Shown piece by piece: positions 56,673 to 59,509 of a stretch of 59,509 bases of DNA. The notes beneath the pieces were generated by a model. That model did not search any database and was not told the origin of the DNA. It saw only the letters and a program-made list of their open reading frames with translations. How positions within the stretch are numbered: the stretch's first letter is position 1; each line of letters begins with the position of its first letter. The DNA lies in the NCBI GenBank assembly GCA_963828525.1, contig CAWHEP010000013.1:1-59509 (forward strand), written 5' to 3'. Origin of the DNA: an uncultured Verrucomicrobiae bacterium (GTDB lineage Bacteria; Verrucomicrobiota; Verrucomicrobiia; Chthoniobacterales; Chthoniobacteraceae). The position numbers and the translations under genes were made by a program.

Positions 56673-58798
56673 TTAGTGGGCAATACTGACGCCGCTTGCG
56701 GACGCGTTCAGTTGGTAGAGCTTTCCGTGGCAGCGGACGCCGGAGAGAGTCGCCTGGAAAGGACGCGGAGTCTGTGGATCGGCGAGCAGCCTTTGCCCAT
56801 CCACTGATGGTTCAACCCCGAAGAACGTGTTGATGACGACATCCGAGAAAGCGGCGCCGCTTATACATTCCTTCATGCATCCCCCGCGCTCCGCAATGCG
56901 AACCGGGGCGTCCTTCTCCTTCCAGCCGGGTCCGTAAAATTCGTGAGCCTGCGCGAAGGGGCCTTCCTTGGTCACGACGGCGGTGCGGCGATAAAAGTCG
57001 CAGGCTGCGGCGGGATCTCCCAGACGCCACATGGCGCCGGCAGTAAGTGGGATCCAGCCATCGTAGGCCCCTGTTGGACTATGATCCGGGCGATTGGAAT
57101 GGGCGGCGGACGCGTCCTGGAGACTCATGGCCCGCATCCAGCACGGCAGAAGCAACTCCCTTTTTACGAAGGCAATCATCTCACCCTTCTGCTTGGGAGT
57201 CAGATCCTCGGCGAGCGCGTCACCGACATAGATGAAGTCCACGCAATGGCGAAGCTCGCCATGACCCCGTCCATATGATGTGCGTTCCAGACCCCGTCAC
57301 CGCTTCTTGTAGAGACCAAGCACCGCGGGTAGGAACTTGGACGCTTCCTCGGCCAGTTGGCGGGCGCGAGCCTGCTCGCCATGTAAGGCCCGCCATTCCG
57401 AAACCCGGCGCATCATCCACACATCCTGCGCGTTTAAGGACGGCACACAGTTGCGTGTAGGCTGGCGCGCACTCCAGGAGGTCGCCGTTTTTGCCGTAAT
57501 CGGCCAGGCCTTTTGCATTCTTTCGGCAGCGTCTCCCAATCGGTGGCAAGAGCGTCCATGTGATCTAGAACCGTCTTGCCGTCCTCGAGCTTTTCGTCCA
57601 GAAACGCCACGTCACCGCTCACTCGCAAATACTCGTCCGCGGAATTGAAAATGGTGCAAGCGTTGAAGGCGTACCCGGTGATCTTGTCATAGTGAGTCAG
57701 CATCGTAGCCTTCGTTCTGTTCCGAAGATTCCAATGTGCGCCCCGCTCCGTCGGATTTTGCACAAGCCAGTGCCGCAGAGTGGCCTTCATACCCGGCGGG
57801 CTCGAGCATGGCCCAGGCAGTAGCTTGCATGGATGCATCCCAGTAGTATTGGATGCCATCTCCCCGTTCGCCGCTCGTGATGAAGGAACGATTGGAAACG
57901 GCGAACTGGGTTCGCTCCAGCTCCAGCATCGTCTCCACTCCCATATAATAATTACGCGAAAGGGCCGCATCCGCCGTTTTCAGGACTGGCAGATTTCCGG
58001 AAAAATGAGAGTTGCCCGGCGTGAACGCATCCGCCCAGCGCTGCTCCCATACCCTTTCGCAGTCGTCCATCACAGCATCGAAATGGGCGGCCCACGCGGC
58101 TACTCGCCTATCGATGGCCGGCGAGCGGAGCCTTCCCGTCGTCCCCCGCCACGAAACCCAGGTTGGCACTGCCCCCGGCGGGCAATTGCAGATTCCATGT
58201 CCAGACGACGGAATTTTTGTCCACCGACACGGCATCCGGTTTGCGCGAAGGGCGCACGAAGGAAATCGACCGGGTGCGTTGCGTGCTGTTCTCCACGCCC
58301 ACGCCATCCGTCTGCAGAACGCCCGGCACCCGAACGGTCAGAGTAGTTTGCAGAAGCTGCGGAGAGGGTTTGCTGGCAGTGATCCGGCACAGGACGCCGC
58401 GCTGCTCGTTAACCATGCGCGTATCCGTCTCGGACCTAAGCCGTTGCAATTGAGGTTCCTCCGCAGTGCTTTGTAAGCGTAGCAACGTGTCTCCACGGCG
58501 GGAAATTCCACGCCATTCACCGCCATCGTGACCAAAGGGTACCCGGCGTTCCACTGGACATTGGGATCCTTGGTATGCGTGAACAAGCCGCCCGGGTTGC
58601 AGTAATAGGAAGTAAGATCGCGCGCCACGATCACCATTTGGTTGAAATTGTGAACAGCCGGAGGATTCCCACCTTATTCATCGGAATCCAATCCCCACCC
58701 ATTTCATCCAGCGACGGGACTCCGACGGGCAGAGCTCTGGCCGCAGGAGGCGTCACCATGAAGAAGAGAAACAGGGCCAGGGAAGACAGGCATTTCAT
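56673..58798 (-). CDS. Secreted six-hairpin glycosidase-like protein; multiply frameshifted
   Basis: Signal peptide MKCLSSLALF, QYYWD motif and GPFAQAHE; consecutive ORF fragments tile the region. Confidence 0.65.
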
Positions 58799-59039
58799 AT
58801 GGAGGGAGGGGCTGGGGGTGAGGAGGATCTCGCGCTGCCCTGGCCGGGATGAATATCCACCATTACAGCACTCCCCGCATACTGCTAACGCCCGACCCGC
58901 TTCCGCAAGTCGGAATTCAAAATAGCGGCTCCGGTCCCTGTCAAACTGGAGTCCAGCCCGCGCCGAACCGCTACCACTCATGCGTCTTGTCGGATGCCGA
59001 TTTCAAGGTACCCTACACGCGCACCGACCAAAACCCGGA

Positions 59040-59509
59040 ATGTTTCAATTTCTCATTCGCCGCATTTTATCGCTGGTGGTCGTGCTTTTTTGCGTGGTGT
59101 CGATCACGTTTTTTCTTATCCGTCTGGCCCCTGGCGGGCCGTTTGACCGGGAGCGGAAGATCCCGCCAACAATCGAGAGACAACTGCTTCTTAAATATAA
59201 GCTGGATGGACCCGAAGGGCGGGCGTTGGGTGAGCGCCTTGCCGCGTGGTGGGGGATCTCTCCCTCATCCGCCGTGAGGATCGGGGGGATATTCTCTTTG
59301 GGAGAGCAGTATTTCCTCTACATGGGCGACTTGCTCCATGGCGACCTGCGGCTCTCGACAAAATACAAGAACCGTACAGGTCAATGAGTTGCTTGCCCAG
59401 ACGCTTCCGGTTTCCGCGACACTCGGAGGAGTCGCGTTCCTCATCGCGACAAGCGCGGGCGTATGGATCGGAGCTCTGGCTGCTTCCCGCCATCACTCGT
59501 GGGTGGATA
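59040..59509 (+). CDS. oppB: Oligopeptide ABC transporter permease (OppB-like); partial and frameshifted
   Basis: MFQFLIRRIL, RLAPGGPF and GDL.LS motifs. Confidence 0.85.

Overview
Bacterial chromosomal window with high GC content. A Verrucomicrobiota origin (Chthoniobacterales/Spartobacteria-like) is inferred from protein families and gene style. Most of it is housekeeping: ligA, rnhB-yraN, rplS, tadA, nusA-infB-rbfA-nrnA-truB-ribF, panE, nuoBC, ppk2, thiG, rodA, thrS-infC, rluD, a uracil-DNA glycosylase and a squalene synthase. It also has several secreted carbohydrate-active enzymes. Many genes, including essential ones, are split by single-base indels that cluster at about 3-8, 21.5-33 and 56.6-59.5 kb. 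This looks like low-coverage long-read error, so the split genes are reassembled here. The most notable accessory element is a seven-gene envelope operon at 20.3-28.6 kb: TpsB, DUF2341/LamG-ExbB, ExbD, TonB, a putative porin, a coiled-coil protein and a PpiC-type PPIase. From memory, its order matches the poorly understood pdtB-exbB2-exbD2-tonB-PA0696/0697/0699 cluster of Pseudomonas aeruginosa. Here there is no adjacent TpsA cargo, and a Pho-box-like repeat lies upstream. Next to it are a truncated autotransporter barrel, a 153-bp fold-back MITE-like element, and a LacI regulator followed by three small paralogous membrane coiled-coil proteins. No tRNA, rRNA, CRISPR array, transposase or integrase was seen.
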